A stretch of 17,268 nucleotides of DNA, taken from NCBI RefSeq assembly GCF_001945605.1, contig NZ_MPKA01000091.1:1-17268 (forward strand). Reading direction: 5' to 3'. The position numbers and the translations under genes are program-made. The DNA is from Dubosiella newyorkensis (GTDB taxonomy: Bacteria > Bacillota_I > Bacilli_A > Erysipelotrichales > Erysipelotrichaceae). The notes beneath the pieces were generated by a model that did no database searches, was not told the DNA's origin, and worked only from the letters and a program-made list of their open reading frames with translations. This document shows, piece by piece, positions 1-8,584 of the stretch. How positions within the stretch are numbered: the stretch's first letter is position 1; the number at the start of each line of letters is the position of its first letter.

Positions 1-126
1 GCGATCGAATTCGCGGTAGCGGCAAGCGCTTTGAAGCATTCGATCGAAGGCGACTACAACCTCGTATCGGTCGATGAAGTCGAAAAGCTTGCTGGCGGCG
101 ACGGTTCTGGACGCGTTCAGCGATAA
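1..126 (+). CDS. 3' end of a PfkB/ribokinase-family sugar kinase (2-keto-3-deoxygluconate kinase-like); partial, the start lies outside the window
   Basis: Frame 1 is open from the window edge to TAA at 124-126 and reads [41 protein letters not shown]. From memory, this tail resembles the C-terminus of KdgK-type PfkB kinases (...ALKHTIPGDF..LS.EE.E.L..G..SGRV[EQ]R). Only 41 codons are visible. GC is about 56%, far above the following genes. Confidence 0.55.
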   Translation, partial: AIEFAVAASALKHSIEGDYNLVSVDEVEKLAGGDGSGRVQR

Positions 127-143
127 AATGTAGGATAGAAAAG

Positions 144-193
144 AGCTTTGAATAGAACGAGAAAGTATTCTCTTTCTATTTCAAAGCTTTTTT
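144..193 (+). terminator. Rho-independent terminator of the kinase gene
   Basis: agctttgaataga (144-156) pairs with tctatttcaaagct (175-188) with one bulged T. There is an inner gagaa/ttctc extension, and a T-run follows at 188-193. The hairpin starts 18 nt after the stop codon. Confidence 0.7.
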
Positions 194-359
194 ACTAGAT
201 GAAGTTGCATTTTACTGTTTCATTTGTTAGAGTGGCAATGTTTATGTAAAAAAAGTCATTTAATACATCTTTTGAGCAACTACACATTATGTATTGACAT
301 TCTTATGTCATAATGCAAGCGCAATGGGATATAAAAATTACATTAATGGAAAGGAAAAT

Positions 360-1133
360 ATGGATATAGAAATTATTGTGGCTACACACAAACCATACAA
401 AATGCCAACAGATTCAATGTATGTTCCATTACAAGTTGGTGCATATGGAAAAAAAGATATTGGCTTCCTTCGTGATAATACGGGTGAAAATATATCTTCT
501 TTAAATCCATATTTTTGTGAATTAACTGGTTTGTTCTGGGCTTGGAAAAATCTAAAGGCAGACTATATTGGTTTAACCCACTATCGACGTCATTTTAGAG
601 GTTCTCATTCTGGTGAGAATCGTTTTGATCGTGTATTAAATAAGAAAGAAGCGGAAGCGATCTTACAAATGACAGATGTGATTTTGCCTAAGAAAAGACA
701 TTATTTTATTGAAACAATTTACTCACATTATGCTCACACTCATTATGAGCGAGAACTGATCGCAACTCGACAGATTTTAGTCGAAAATTATCCTGAGTAT
801 GTTCCTTCTTGGGATAAAGTAATGAATAGAAGAAGTGCTCATATGTTTAATATGTGTATTATGAAGAAAGATAAACTAGACTCGTATTGTTCCTTTATTT
901 TTGACGTATTGGATAAGCTCAATCAAAAAGTAAATGTCAGTGAATATGATGATTTTCAAGCTCGTCTTTTTGGTAGAATTAGTGAACTCTTGTTGGATGT
1001 TTGGATTGATCATAATCATATTCAATATAAAGAAGTTCCTGTTATTTATATGGAACGAATCAATTGGTGGAAAAAGGGAACATCTTTTATTAAAGCAAAG
1101 TTTTTTGGAAAAAAGTATGAGGGAAGTTTTTAG
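360..1133 (+). CDS. DUF4422-family glycosyltransferase (putative galactofuranosyltransferase type)
   Basis: MDIEIIVATHKPYKMPTDSMYVPLQVGAYGKKDIGFLRDNTGENISSLNPYFCELTGLFWAWKN...GLTHYRRHF matches the conserved N-terminal layout of DUF4422 proteins. The ATG at 360 follows the RBS-like ggaaaggaaaa. The ORF-track start at 294 is a TTG with no RBS. Confidence 0.8.
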   Translation: MDIEIIVATHKPYKMPTDSMYVPLQVGAYGKKDIGFLRDNTGENISSLNPYFCELTGLFWAWKNLKADYIGLTHYRRHFRGSHSGENRFDRVLNKKEAEAILQMTDVILPKKRHYFIETIYSHYAHTHYERELIATRQILVENYPEYVPSWDKVMNRRSAHMFNMCIMKKDKLDSYCSFIFDVLDKLNQKVNVSEYDDFQARLFGRISELLLDVWIDHNHIQYKEVPVIYMERINWWKKGTSFIKAKFFGKKYEGSF

Positions 1134-1172
1134 CAGGCCCTTTTTGTCCTGCTTTTTTTATGGAGAAAACAA

Positions 1173-2615
1173 ATGAAAACAAAATCAATAAAACTCAATT
1201 TTATTATGAATTTTCTTTTAACAGCTTCTTCCATCTTATTTCCATTGATTACATTTCCTTATGTTTCAAGAGTGTTAGGACCTATTGGAACAGGAAATGT
1301 TACAATGGGGACATCTGTAGTTTCCTATTTTACGATGGTGGCTATGTTAGGAGTTCCGACCTATGGAGTTCGGGCTTGTGCTAGTGTTCGAGATGATAAA
1401 TTAGAGCTTTCTAAAACCGTTCAAGAACTTTTGATTATCAATATTGGAATGATGCTCATAGCATATATAGCGTTTTTCATAACGATCTTTAGTGTGCCAA
1501 GTTTTCGAATAATGAAAACTCTATATTTGGTGAGTTCAATCGCAATTGTAATGAATGTGATTGGCATAAACTGGCTATATCAAGGTCTTGAACAATATAG
1601 CTATATCACATTCATTTCTTTAGTGTTTAAAGTTGTTGCGCTTGTTTTGATGTTTGCTTTGGTTCATAAAGCAGATGATTATATTTGGTATGCTTTAATA
1701 ACCATTATTGGTGGATTTGGATCAAGTATATTTAATTTTTTTCGATTGAGGAAATTAATAATTTTAAAACCATTCCAGCATTATGATTTTAAACAACATA
1801 TTCGTCCGATGTTCACTTTTTTTGCGATGACAGTCGCGACAACGGTTTATACAAATTTGGATGTGGTCATGTTAGGTCTAATGAAATCTAATTATGATGT
1901 TGGACTATACAATGCGGCGGTTAAGATCAAATTGATCATGGTTTCCTTAGTGACATCTTTAGGGACTGTATTGCTTCCTAGAATTTCCTATTATTATGAA
2001 CAAAATCAAGTTAGGGAATTTCATAACTTGATATCAAAAGCGTTCTCTTTTGTTCTTTTATTTGCTATTCCTTGCTGTTTATATTTGATGGTTTTTGCTA
2101 AAGACACAATTCTTCTTCTTTCTGGAAAAGAGTTTTTAGAAGCTGTTCCAGCTGTCATTATAATTACACCCACAATTTTATTGATTGGGCTTTCGAATAT
2201 TTCTGGAATACAAGTACTCGTTCCAACCGGAAAAGAGAGCTTAGTTCTACGAAGCGTAGTTTGGGGAGCTATTGTCGATTTTATTCTAAACTTAATAATG
2301 ATTCCAAAGTTCGGCTCAGCAGGAGCAGCGCTTGGTACATTAGCTGCTGAATTTGTGGTATTGATCGTTCAATGTATATATTTAAAAGAATTACTCAGTC
2401 AAATTAAAACGACGATTGAATGGAAGTGTTTGTTTGGAAGTCTTGTTCCTGCCTTAATTGTTCTCATTGGAACTTACTTTTTTCCGATTGAAAGTGTTTT
2501 CTTACGACTTTTAATAGCTGGTTGTCTATTCTTTTTAATTTATGGACTTGGATTGCTAGTTACAAGAGAAGAAATTTTGTGGTCTATATTTAATCGCTAT
2601 ATATTAAAGAGGTGA
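1173..2615 (+). CDS. wzx: Oligosaccharide-unit flippase, Wzx (MOP/polysaccharide biosynthesis protein family)
   Basis: 480 aa polytopic membrane protein. The N-terminus KLNFIMNFLLTASSILFPLITFPYVSRVLGPIGTGNV is typical of Wzx-type flippases, and about 12-14 hydrophobic segments are visible. GGAG RBS at 1161-1164. Confidence 0.85.
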   Translation: MKTKSIKLNFIMNFLLTASSILFPLITFPYVSRVLGPIGTGNVTMGTSVVSYFTMVAMLGVPTYGVRACASVRDDKLELSKTVQELLIINIGMMLIAYIAFFITIFSVPSFRIMKTLYLVSSIAIVMNVIGINWLYQGLEQYSYITFISLVFKVVALVLMFALVHKADDYIWYALITIIGGFGSSIFNFFRLRKLIILKPFQHYDFKQHIRPMFTFFAMTVATTVYTNLDVVMLGLMKSNYDVGLYNAAVKIKLIMVSLVTSLGTVLLPRISYYYEQNQVREFHNLISKAFSFVLLFAIPCCLYLMVFAKDTILLLSGKEFLEAVPAVIIITPTILLIGLSNISGIQVLVPTGKESLVLRSVVWGAIVDFILNLIMIPKFGSAGAALGTLAAEFVVLIVQCIYLKELLSQIKTTIEWKCLFGSLVPALIVLIGTYFFPIESVFLRLLIAGCLFFLIYGLGLLVTREEILWSIFNRYILKR

Positions 2616-2622
2616 GGAAAAG

Positions 2623-3819
2623 ATGATTGAGAATATAAAAAAAATAATTACATGGTATGAATTAAAATTCGATATAATCTTGTCTTTAGCTGGAACTTTT
2701 TATTTAATTTTTAGTCTTCTTTCGATGTGTTTATTATTTAAGGATACTAGCTTATTTATAAATCAATCAATAGCATTAGGTCTTGATTTTGCTCGAAATA
2801 TTGTATTCTTAGTATTTTTAATCTCTATTATATTTCAAATCTATATAAAGAAATTAAACTGGCTTTTGATTTTTATTTTTGGAATTTTAACGACTTTTGT
2901 TTTCTTTTTTTCAAAGAGTTTAGAACCTATTAAGGCTTTTTTAGCAATTATTGCCTTAAGTAATTTATCGTTTAAAACAATTTTTCAAAAATACTATAGA
3001 GTGTTTATTTCTTTTCTTGTAATTGTAATATTATTATGTGCATTTGGAATGGTCGATAATATCTTATACGATTCTCAAAGATTCCGTTTTGGAGTAGGAT
3101 TTGATTGGGTTACAACTGCTCCTATATTGCTTTTTCATATTCTTCTTTTCAAAGATTGCTTCGTTAAAAAGAAATGGAGTAATGATAATATAGTTTTATC
3201 GGTTTTATGCATAACTTTGTTGTTTTTACTTACAAAATCTAGATTTGTTTTTTTATTAAGTTTACTTTTCATAGGGTCTATTTTAATGAAAGATAAATTT
3301 GGTTATTGGAAGAGCACAGAACTGTTAGAAAAATTCTTAAAATACTTATTATGGACTCCCATATTCTTAACTATTTTTTCTGTCTTAATTTTTCTGTTAT
3401 ATAATCCTGAGAATCAAATTTGGAATTCTATCAATAATCTAATGAGCAATCGACTAGAATTAGGAAATCAAGGACTTATCAAATATGGTTGGACCTTATT
3501 TGGACAAAAGATCCAATGGATTGGTTATGGCTTTCAAAGTATACGGGGTATATATAATTATATTGACAATTCTTATGTGCGATTTCTTTTAGAATATGGA
3601 ATCATTAATACAATTTTTTATTTATTTATTTTAACTTTTGGAATGAAAGAGTCATTAAAAAAGGAAAACTTTCAAATAATGATGCCATTTATCTTTTTAA
3701 CTATTTTAGGTTTCATAGAACCTTACTTTTACAATCCCGTCTTCAATCCATTTTTGATTTATTGTTTTAAAGAGTTGAATCTATTTGTTCAACGAAAAAG
3801 ATTGGGGATGAGAAAATGA
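2623..3819 (+). CDS. wzy: Wzy-like polysaccharide polymerase (O-antigen polymerase/ligase-like membrane protein)
   Basis: 398 aa, very hydrophobic, extremely AT-rich and poorly conserved, as is usual for Wzy. It contains an LLTKSRFVFLLSLLF segment resembling the Wzy_C S-x-S/K-R motif region. It sits directly after wzx. RBS gaggtgagg. Confidence 0.65.
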   Translation: MIENIKKIITWYELKFDIILSLAGTFYLIFSLLSMCLLFKDTSLFINQSIALGLDFARNIVFLVFLISIIFQIYIKKLNWLLIFIFGILTTFVFFFSKSLEPIKAFLAIIALSNLSFKTIFQKYYRVFISFLVIVILLCAFGMVDNILYDSQRFRFGVGFDWVTTAPILLFHILLFKDCFVKKKWSNDNIVLSVLCITLLFLLTKSRFVFLLSLLFIGSILMKDKFGYWKSTELLEKFLKYLLWTPIFLTIFSVLIFLLYNPENQIWNSINNLMSNRLELGNQGLIKYGWTLFGQKIQWIGYGFQSIRGIYNYIDNSYVRFLLEYGIINTIFYLFILTFGMKESLKKENFQIMMPFIFLTILGFIEPYFYNPVFNPFLIYCFKELNLFVQRKRLGMRK

Positions 3820-4856
3820 GACCTATGTTTTCGATTGTAATGCCTATATATAATCAGGAAAAATATATAGAAGTAGCTATTGAGAGTATTCTAAAGCAAA
3901 GCATTAAAGATTTTGAATTGATATTAGTTAACGATGCCTCCACTGATTCAACTCTTTCTATTTGTAAAAAATATGTGGACAATGATTTAGTGAAATTAAT
4001 AGATCTTAATGAAAATAAAGGTGTAAGTAATGCCAGAAATTGTGGATTATATAAAGCCCGTGGAGAATATATTTTATTCTTAGATCCAGATGACACGTAT
4101 GATTCAAATTTATTGGACATATATTTATACTCAATACAGTTAAGACATCCAGATCTAATAATTATTGGAGCAATTGAAGAGTATTATAAAAAAAATGGGC
4201 AATTGGAGTATGAGAAGCGAGTTATACCTAATAATGGTTTTTTTGATACTCAAAGATCGATCTATTCCGAAGTACTTAATTTAGAATCGAAAACACTTTA
4301 TGGTTATCCTTGGAATAAATGTTATAGAACGGAGTTACTCAAAACCCATAATTTGCAATTCAAAAATATTAAAATGATAGAAGATATAGATTTCAATTTA
4401 CAAGTACTATCATATATAACTTCTTTAGATGTTCTAGCTAAAACACCTTATCATTATTCTATAAGACAGAATATGAGTTTGACACATCATAAATTAGATA
4501 ATTATTTTGATCTTCATACACAAAGGATCAATTTATTTTTAACAGAATATAAAACAAAATGCCCAAGTTTATTTGCTGAATGTGAAGAGGTTATGGCTTC
4601 TATTTATTGTAGATATTTATTATCGGCTATAGAACGATTTGATGGTCAGAATATAAATAACTGGCTATCAAGTATTTATGAAAGCAAGTTATATCAAACT
4701 TTAAAACCCTTTATGATTTTTAAGGGAAAAAAAAGAATTATTTTCTATCCTATTATTAAGCAAAATGTAATTTTATCGATTTTCCTTGGAAAGTCAGTTG
4801 GCTTTGTAAAAAGAGAATTTCCAATTATTTTTGCTAAAGCGAAGCAATTGCGGTGA
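3816..4856 (+). CDS. Family 2 glycosyltransferase (GT2, GT-A fold)
   Basis: FSIVMPIYNQEKYIEVAIESILKQSIKDFELILVNDASTDST...ARNCGL..ARGEYILFLDPDD carries the classic GT2 N-terminal signature with a DxD motif. The start overlaps the wzy stop (ATGA at 3816-3819). Confidence 0.85.
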   Translation: MRPMFSIVMPIYNQEKYIEVAIESILKQSIKDFELILVNDASTDSTLSICKKYVDNDLVKLIDLNENKGVSNARNCGLYKARGEYILFLDPDDTYDSNLLDIYLYSIQLRHPDLIIIGAIEEYYKKNGQLEYEKRVIPNNGFFDTQRSIYSEVLNLESKTLYGYPWNKCYRTELLKTHNLQFKNIKMIEDIDFNLQVLSYITSLDVLAKTPYHYSIRQNMSLTHHKLDNYFDLHTQRINLFLTEYKTKCPSLFAECEEVMASIYCRYLLSAIERFDGQNINNWLSSIYESKLYQTLKPFMIFKGKKRIIFYPIIKQNVILSIFLGKSVGFVKREFPIIFAKAKQLR

Positions 4857-4868
4857 AAGGAGAACTTA

Positions 4869-5867
4869 ATGGACACCTTAGTAACAGTTGTTGTTCCTTT
4901 TTATAATGTTGAAAAATATATTGAAAGTTGTATGAATTCAATCGTAAATCAAACATATAAAAATCTGGAAATTATACTTGTCAATGATGGATCAAAAGAT
5001 CATTCACGTTCTCTTGTTGAGAAGTATTTGAAAGATAAACGAGTAAAAATAATTGATCAAGTAAATATGGGGATAGGAGAGGCTAGAAATTCAGGATTAA
5101 TACATGCAAATGGAGAGTATATTTTATTTGTCGATAGTGATGATAAACTTGAATTGAATATGATAGAAAAGCTCTTAAATACTGCTAAAATGAAGGATTT
5201 AGACCTAGTGATATGTGGTTACAAAAGAGTAAACGAGAGATTTGAAGAATTAGAAAAAGATTCAATCCATTTACAAGAAGATAAAATTTATTATCCAACA
5301 AAAGATAAAAGTGTTTTGTTAACTGATCCCTCTGCTTGGGGTAAACTTTATAAAACAAAATTGTTTAAAGAAAGTGGAATTTGTTTCCCAAATCGAGTAT
5401 GGGCAGAGGATTTACGAACTATTCCAAAAATAATAGCTTTATCTCGAAAAATCGGTTACATCAAAGATCCTTTATATTATTATGTTCAACATTCAGGTTC
5501 TATTATGTCTTCAAAAACATTAGATAGACAGAAAGAATCTCTCGAAGCAATGAATGATCTTATTGATTATTTTAAAGAAAATAACTTAGATAAAATCTAT
5601 GCAAAAGAACTTGAATTTTTATGCATTGCTCATATTTATGTATTTGGAATAAATTGCTTAGCGCGAATCCCTAAAAGTAAAGCAATGATTCTAGAATTTA
5701 GAAAATATATAAATAATCATTTTCCAGATTTTCATAAAAATCCTTATCTTTCGAATTTTACACCAAAAGAAAGAAAATTCTATGATTGGATCGATCATGA
5801 TCAGATTTGGAAAATTCAATTAGGGGATCGAATCAAACGAGAGGTTAAAAAATGGAAAAAACATTAA
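4869..5867 (+). CDS. Family 2 glycosyltransferase (GT2)
   Basis: VTVVVPFYNVEKYIESCMNSIVNQTYKNLEIILVNDGSKDHS...ARNSGL..ANGEYILFVDSDD is a GT2 signature. AAGGAG RBS upstream. Confidence 0.85.
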   Translation: MDTLVTVVVPFYNVEKYIESCMNSIVNQTYKNLEIILVNDGSKDHSRSLVEKYLKDKRVKIIDQVNMGIGEARNSGLIHANGEYILFVDSDDKLELNMIEKLLNTAKMKDLDLVICGYKRVNERFEELEKDSIHLQEDKIYYPTKDKSVLLTDPSAWGKLYKTKLFKESGICFPNRVWAEDLRTIPKIIALSRKIGYIKDPLYYYVQHSGSIMSSKTLDRQKESLEAMNDLIDYFKENNLDKIYAKELEFLCIAHIYVFGINCLARIPKSKAMILEFRKYINNHFPDFHKNPYLSNFTPKERKFYDWIDHDQIWKIQLGDRIKREVKKWKKH

Positions 5868-6838
5868 CAATTACCGTTCCTTCTTATAATGTAGAAAACA
5901 CCTTAAAAGAAACAGTCTGCTCTTTACTGGAACCAACAGTTTTAAATGACCTGGAAATTCTGATTGTAAATGATGGTTCAAAAGACAATACTTCATCGAT
6001 TGCTCATAGCTTAGAAAAACAATATCCGCAAACAATTCGAGTAATCGATAAAGAAAATGGAGGTCATGGCTCAACAATCAACACAGGGATAAAAGAAGCA
6101 AAGGGGAAATATTTTAAAATTGTTGATGGAGATGATTGGTTAATTACCGAATACTTACCAAATTTTATTGAGAATTTAAAGAACACTGAAGCTGATTTGA
6201 TCTATAACCCTTTTTATGAGGTGAATGATAAAACAAAAGAAAGAGTAATGAATGGAAAATTTGATTCTTCATTTAATCAAAAAAATGAATATTCATTTTC
6301 TATGTTAGCCAAACGTATTAAAGTTCAAATGCATTCTGCTACTTATAAAACTTCAATTTTAAAAGAAAATAATATTCATGTTGATGAACACAGATTTTAT
6401 GTTGATGCAGAATATATGATAATGCCTATTCCTTATGTGAATACGATTCAAATATTGAATGAACCACTATATTTGTATCGGGTTTTTTCCGATACTCAAA
6501 GTATGAGTGTTAAGAATATGCAAAAAAACGTTCAGCATCATTTAGATGTTACGCTTCATATGTTGGAATATTATATAAAAGTTCGAAACAGTCTCTCAGA
6601 GGAAAAAGAAGTATATATCCGAAATCGAGTATTGGATTTGATTCAAATGCAATATCAAATCTATTTTAGCTTTCCATTTGATTGGAGAGTTACGAAAGAT
6701 ATAGCAAAATTCAATAAAGCAATTTATGAAAAGGATAAAAAAATCTACAATGAGAGCAATGGCAAGATGGTCAGATTCATTCGAATTCAACCACAAATTT
6801 TTTATCCGCTTATTAAATTAAGAGAAAAAGTAAGATGA
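5852..6838 (+). CDS. Family 2 glycosyltransferase (GT2)
   Basis: LTITVPSYNVENTLKETVCSLL...LEILIVNDGSKDNTSSIA...GHGSTINTGIKEAKGKYFKIVDGDD is a GT2 signature. The start overlaps the preceding GT2 by 16 nt, with a gagagg RBS inside the upstream gene. Confidence 0.8.
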   Translation: MEKTLTITVPSYNVENTLKETVCSLLEPTVLNDLEILIVNDGSKDNTSSIAHSLEKQYPQTIRVIDKENGGHGSTINTGIKEAKGKYFKIVDGDDWLITEYLPNFIENLKNTEADLIYNPFYEVNDKTKERVMNGKFDSSFNQKNEYSFSMLAKRIKVQMHSATYKTSILKENNIHVDEHRFYVDAEYMIMPIPYVNTIQILNEPLYLYRVFSDTQSMSVKNMQKNVQHHLDVTLHMLEYYIKVRNSLSEEKEVYIRNRVLDLIQMQYQIYFSFPFDWRVTKDIAKFNKAIYEKDKKIYNESNGKMVRFIRIQPQIFYPLIKLREKVR

Positions 6839-6906
6839 ACTTACAGCAAATTTTGCTTTTCATTTTAAAATATGTTTAAATAGACACGAAATTTAGAGAG
6901 GTATTT

Positions 6907-8532
6907 ATGAACAAAGGATATCGAATATTTTCGATTGTTTTAACGGTATTGATTGCATTAGTCACTGCATTCTTTGTATATCAAATCGCAAAGTTGAATG
7001 TGCTTCCTATGCAATTGCTAATTCCTATTGTGGCAGCAATCGTCTTGATCGTTGCAATTATGGTGATTTTGCTATTTATTTCAAAGAATGTGATTACAAG
7101 AACGGCGACAAGTATAATAACAGTATTGATTTGCGCCATCGTCGCGTTTGGTGCTTTCAATATTTACAAAACGAGTAGTATGTTGACAAATATTACGACG
7201 CCAGAAGGAAAAGTTTTAAATACGATTTCAGTTGTTACTCTGAAGGATAGCGATGTAAAAGATCTTCGAGGACTTCAAAACAAGAAAATAGGTGTTTTGA
7301 ATACTTTAGATCGAGTAGGAACGGATAAGTGTTTAGAAGATTTTGCTAATCAAAATGTAACGATCACACAAGTTGGGTTTGACGGTTTAGATGCTGAAGT
7401 AGCAGCCCTCTATGATCATTCTGTCGATGCGATCATTTTAAATGAAACCCGTAGAGGTAGCGTGGCAGATAATGAACAATATATGAATTTTGATGAAGAC
7501 ACGAAAGTTGTATATGAAATAAAGTATTATACTGATGTATTGAAGGATTCTTCTAAAAAGGTTGATAATATTACGACTGAGCCATTCACTGTATTAATTA
7601 GTGGAAGCGATTCAAGAAATGGGTTTGCGGAAGTAGGACGAAGCGATGTCAATATGGTAGCGACAGTCAATCCGGTTACTCATACTGTCCTCTTAACAAG
7701 TATTCCTCGTGACTATTATGTAACTACAACATGCGATGAAGGATATGGATGTGCTCAAGGACAATTGGACAAATTAACACATACTGGACTACATGGAGTC
7801 GAAACAACCAAGAAAACGATTGAAAATCTTCTAGGTATCGAAATTAACTATACTCTCCGCGTAAACTTTAATAGTGTTGTCAATTTAGTTAACGCGTTAG
7901 GCGGAATTGATGTATATGTTCCTGAAGGATATGCAGTAGACCAATTCTATACTAATCCAGACTATGGTGTTCATGTTGGAGACAACCATTTGGATGGTGA
8001 AGGAGCACTCGCCTTTGCTCGTGAACGATATGCATATACAGAAGGGGATTTCCAACGGGTTAAAAACCAACAAACTGTTTTAATGGCTATCGCCAAAAAA
8101 GTAATTTCTCCATCTATGATCGCAAATTACTCTCGGTTTATGGATGCTCTGGGAGGAGCTTTGGAAACAGACTTGTCCGATCAAGAAATCCAACAACTTG
8201 CTCAAAATCAAATTGATAATGGTGGTGATTGGAACTTTATAACAACCACATTAGATGGAACAGGAGCCACTGAATTCTGTGCTGAATTAGGAAATACTGC
8301 CTATGTTATGATTCCAAATGAAGAATCTGTTCAAAATGCAAGAAATCAAATCCAAGAAGTATTATCTGGACAACCTGTAACAGAAACTCAGCCTCAAGCT
8401 GAACCGGCTCAAGAAACTCCAGTTGAAGAAACTCCAGTTGTTGAAGATCAAAACCAAGAAATGATACAGACTCCACAAGAAGATCTCTACTATCAAGAAG
8501 ATACCTATTATGATCCAAATCTAGGATATTAA
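6907..8532 (+). CDS. LytR-CpsA-Psr (LCP) family glycopolymer-to-peptidoglycan transferase, CpsA-like architecture
   Basis: Three N-terminal hydrophobic helices are followed by an accessory domain of roughly 130 aa, then the LCP core: FTVLISGSDSR....RSDVNMVATVNPVTHTVLLTSIPRDYYV...LDKLTH....G...TIENLLGIEINYTLRVNF..V..LVNALGGIDVYV...LDGEGALAFARERY....GDFQRVKNQQ. The C-terminus is an acidic Pro/Glu/Gln tail. Confidence 0.9.
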   Translation: MNKGYRIFSIVLTVLIALVTAFFVYQIAKLNVLPMQLLIPIVAAIVLIVAIMVILLFISKNVITRTATSIITVLICAIVAFGAFNIYKTSSMLTNITTPEGKVLNTISVVTLKDSDVKDLRGLQNKKIGVLNTLDRVGTDKCLEDFANQNVTITQVGFDGLDAEVAALYDHSVDAIILNETRRGSVADNEQYMNFDEDTKVVYEIKYYTDVLKDSSKKVDNITTEPFTVLISGSDSRNGFAEVGRSDVNMVATVNPVTHTVLLTSIPRDYYVTTTCDEGYGCAQGQLDKLTHTGLHGVETTKKTIENLLGIEINYTLRVNFNSVVNLVNALGGIDVYVPEGYAVDQFYTNPDYGVHVGDNHLDGEGALAFARERYAYTEGDFQRVKNQQTVLMAIAKKVISPSMIANYSRFMDALGGALETDLSDQEIQQLAQNQIDNGGDWNFITTTLDGTGATEFCAELGNTAYVMIPNEESVQNARNQIQEVLSGQPVTETQPQAEPAQETPVEETPVVEDQNQEMIQTPQEDLYYQEDTYYDPNLGY

Positions 8533-8540
8533 AAAACAAC

Positions 8541-8572
8541 GAAAGAGAGATAGAATTCTCTCTTTCTTTTTT
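8541..8572 (+). terminator. Rho-independent terminator inside the polysaccharide locus
   Basis: Perfect 10-bp stem gaaagagaga (8541-8550) / tctctctttc (8557-8566), a 6-nt loop, then TTTTTT (8567-8572). It begins 8 nt after the LCP stop and ends just before the AAGGAG RBS of the next gene. Confidence 0.75.
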
Positions 8573-8584
8573 AAGGAGAAAACC

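Noticed and set aside
205-314. Promoter candidates for the polysaccharide operon: TTGCAT(205-210)-17 nt-TAGAGT(228-233); TTGACA (294-299); extended -10-like TGtCATAAT (306-314)
   Set aside because: None forms a convincing -35/-10 pair. TTGACA is only 9 nt from CATAAT, and TAGAGT is a weak -10. A promoter very probably lies in 194-359, but I cannot place it from sequence alone.
294-359. N-terminal extension of the DUF4422 ORF (ORF-track start at 294, MTFLCHNASAMGYKNYINGKEN)
   Set aside because: It starts with TTG, has no RBS and lies in promoter-like AT-rich DNA. The DUF4422 homology begins at MDIEIIVATHK, whose ATG (360) has a purine-rich RBS.
934-1384. ORFs 934-1176 (+) and 1160-1384 (+)
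   Set aside because: These are out-of-frame overlaps of the DUF4422 and wzx genes. They have low-complexity hydrophobic translations and no RBS, which is typical of alternative-frame noise in AT-rich DNA.
6845-6858. agcaaaattttgct palindrome between GT2-3 and the LCP gene, considered as a terminator
   Set aside because: It is a loop-less, A/T-dominated dyad with only a 3-4 bp GC-containing stem once a loop is allowed. It is too weak to call.
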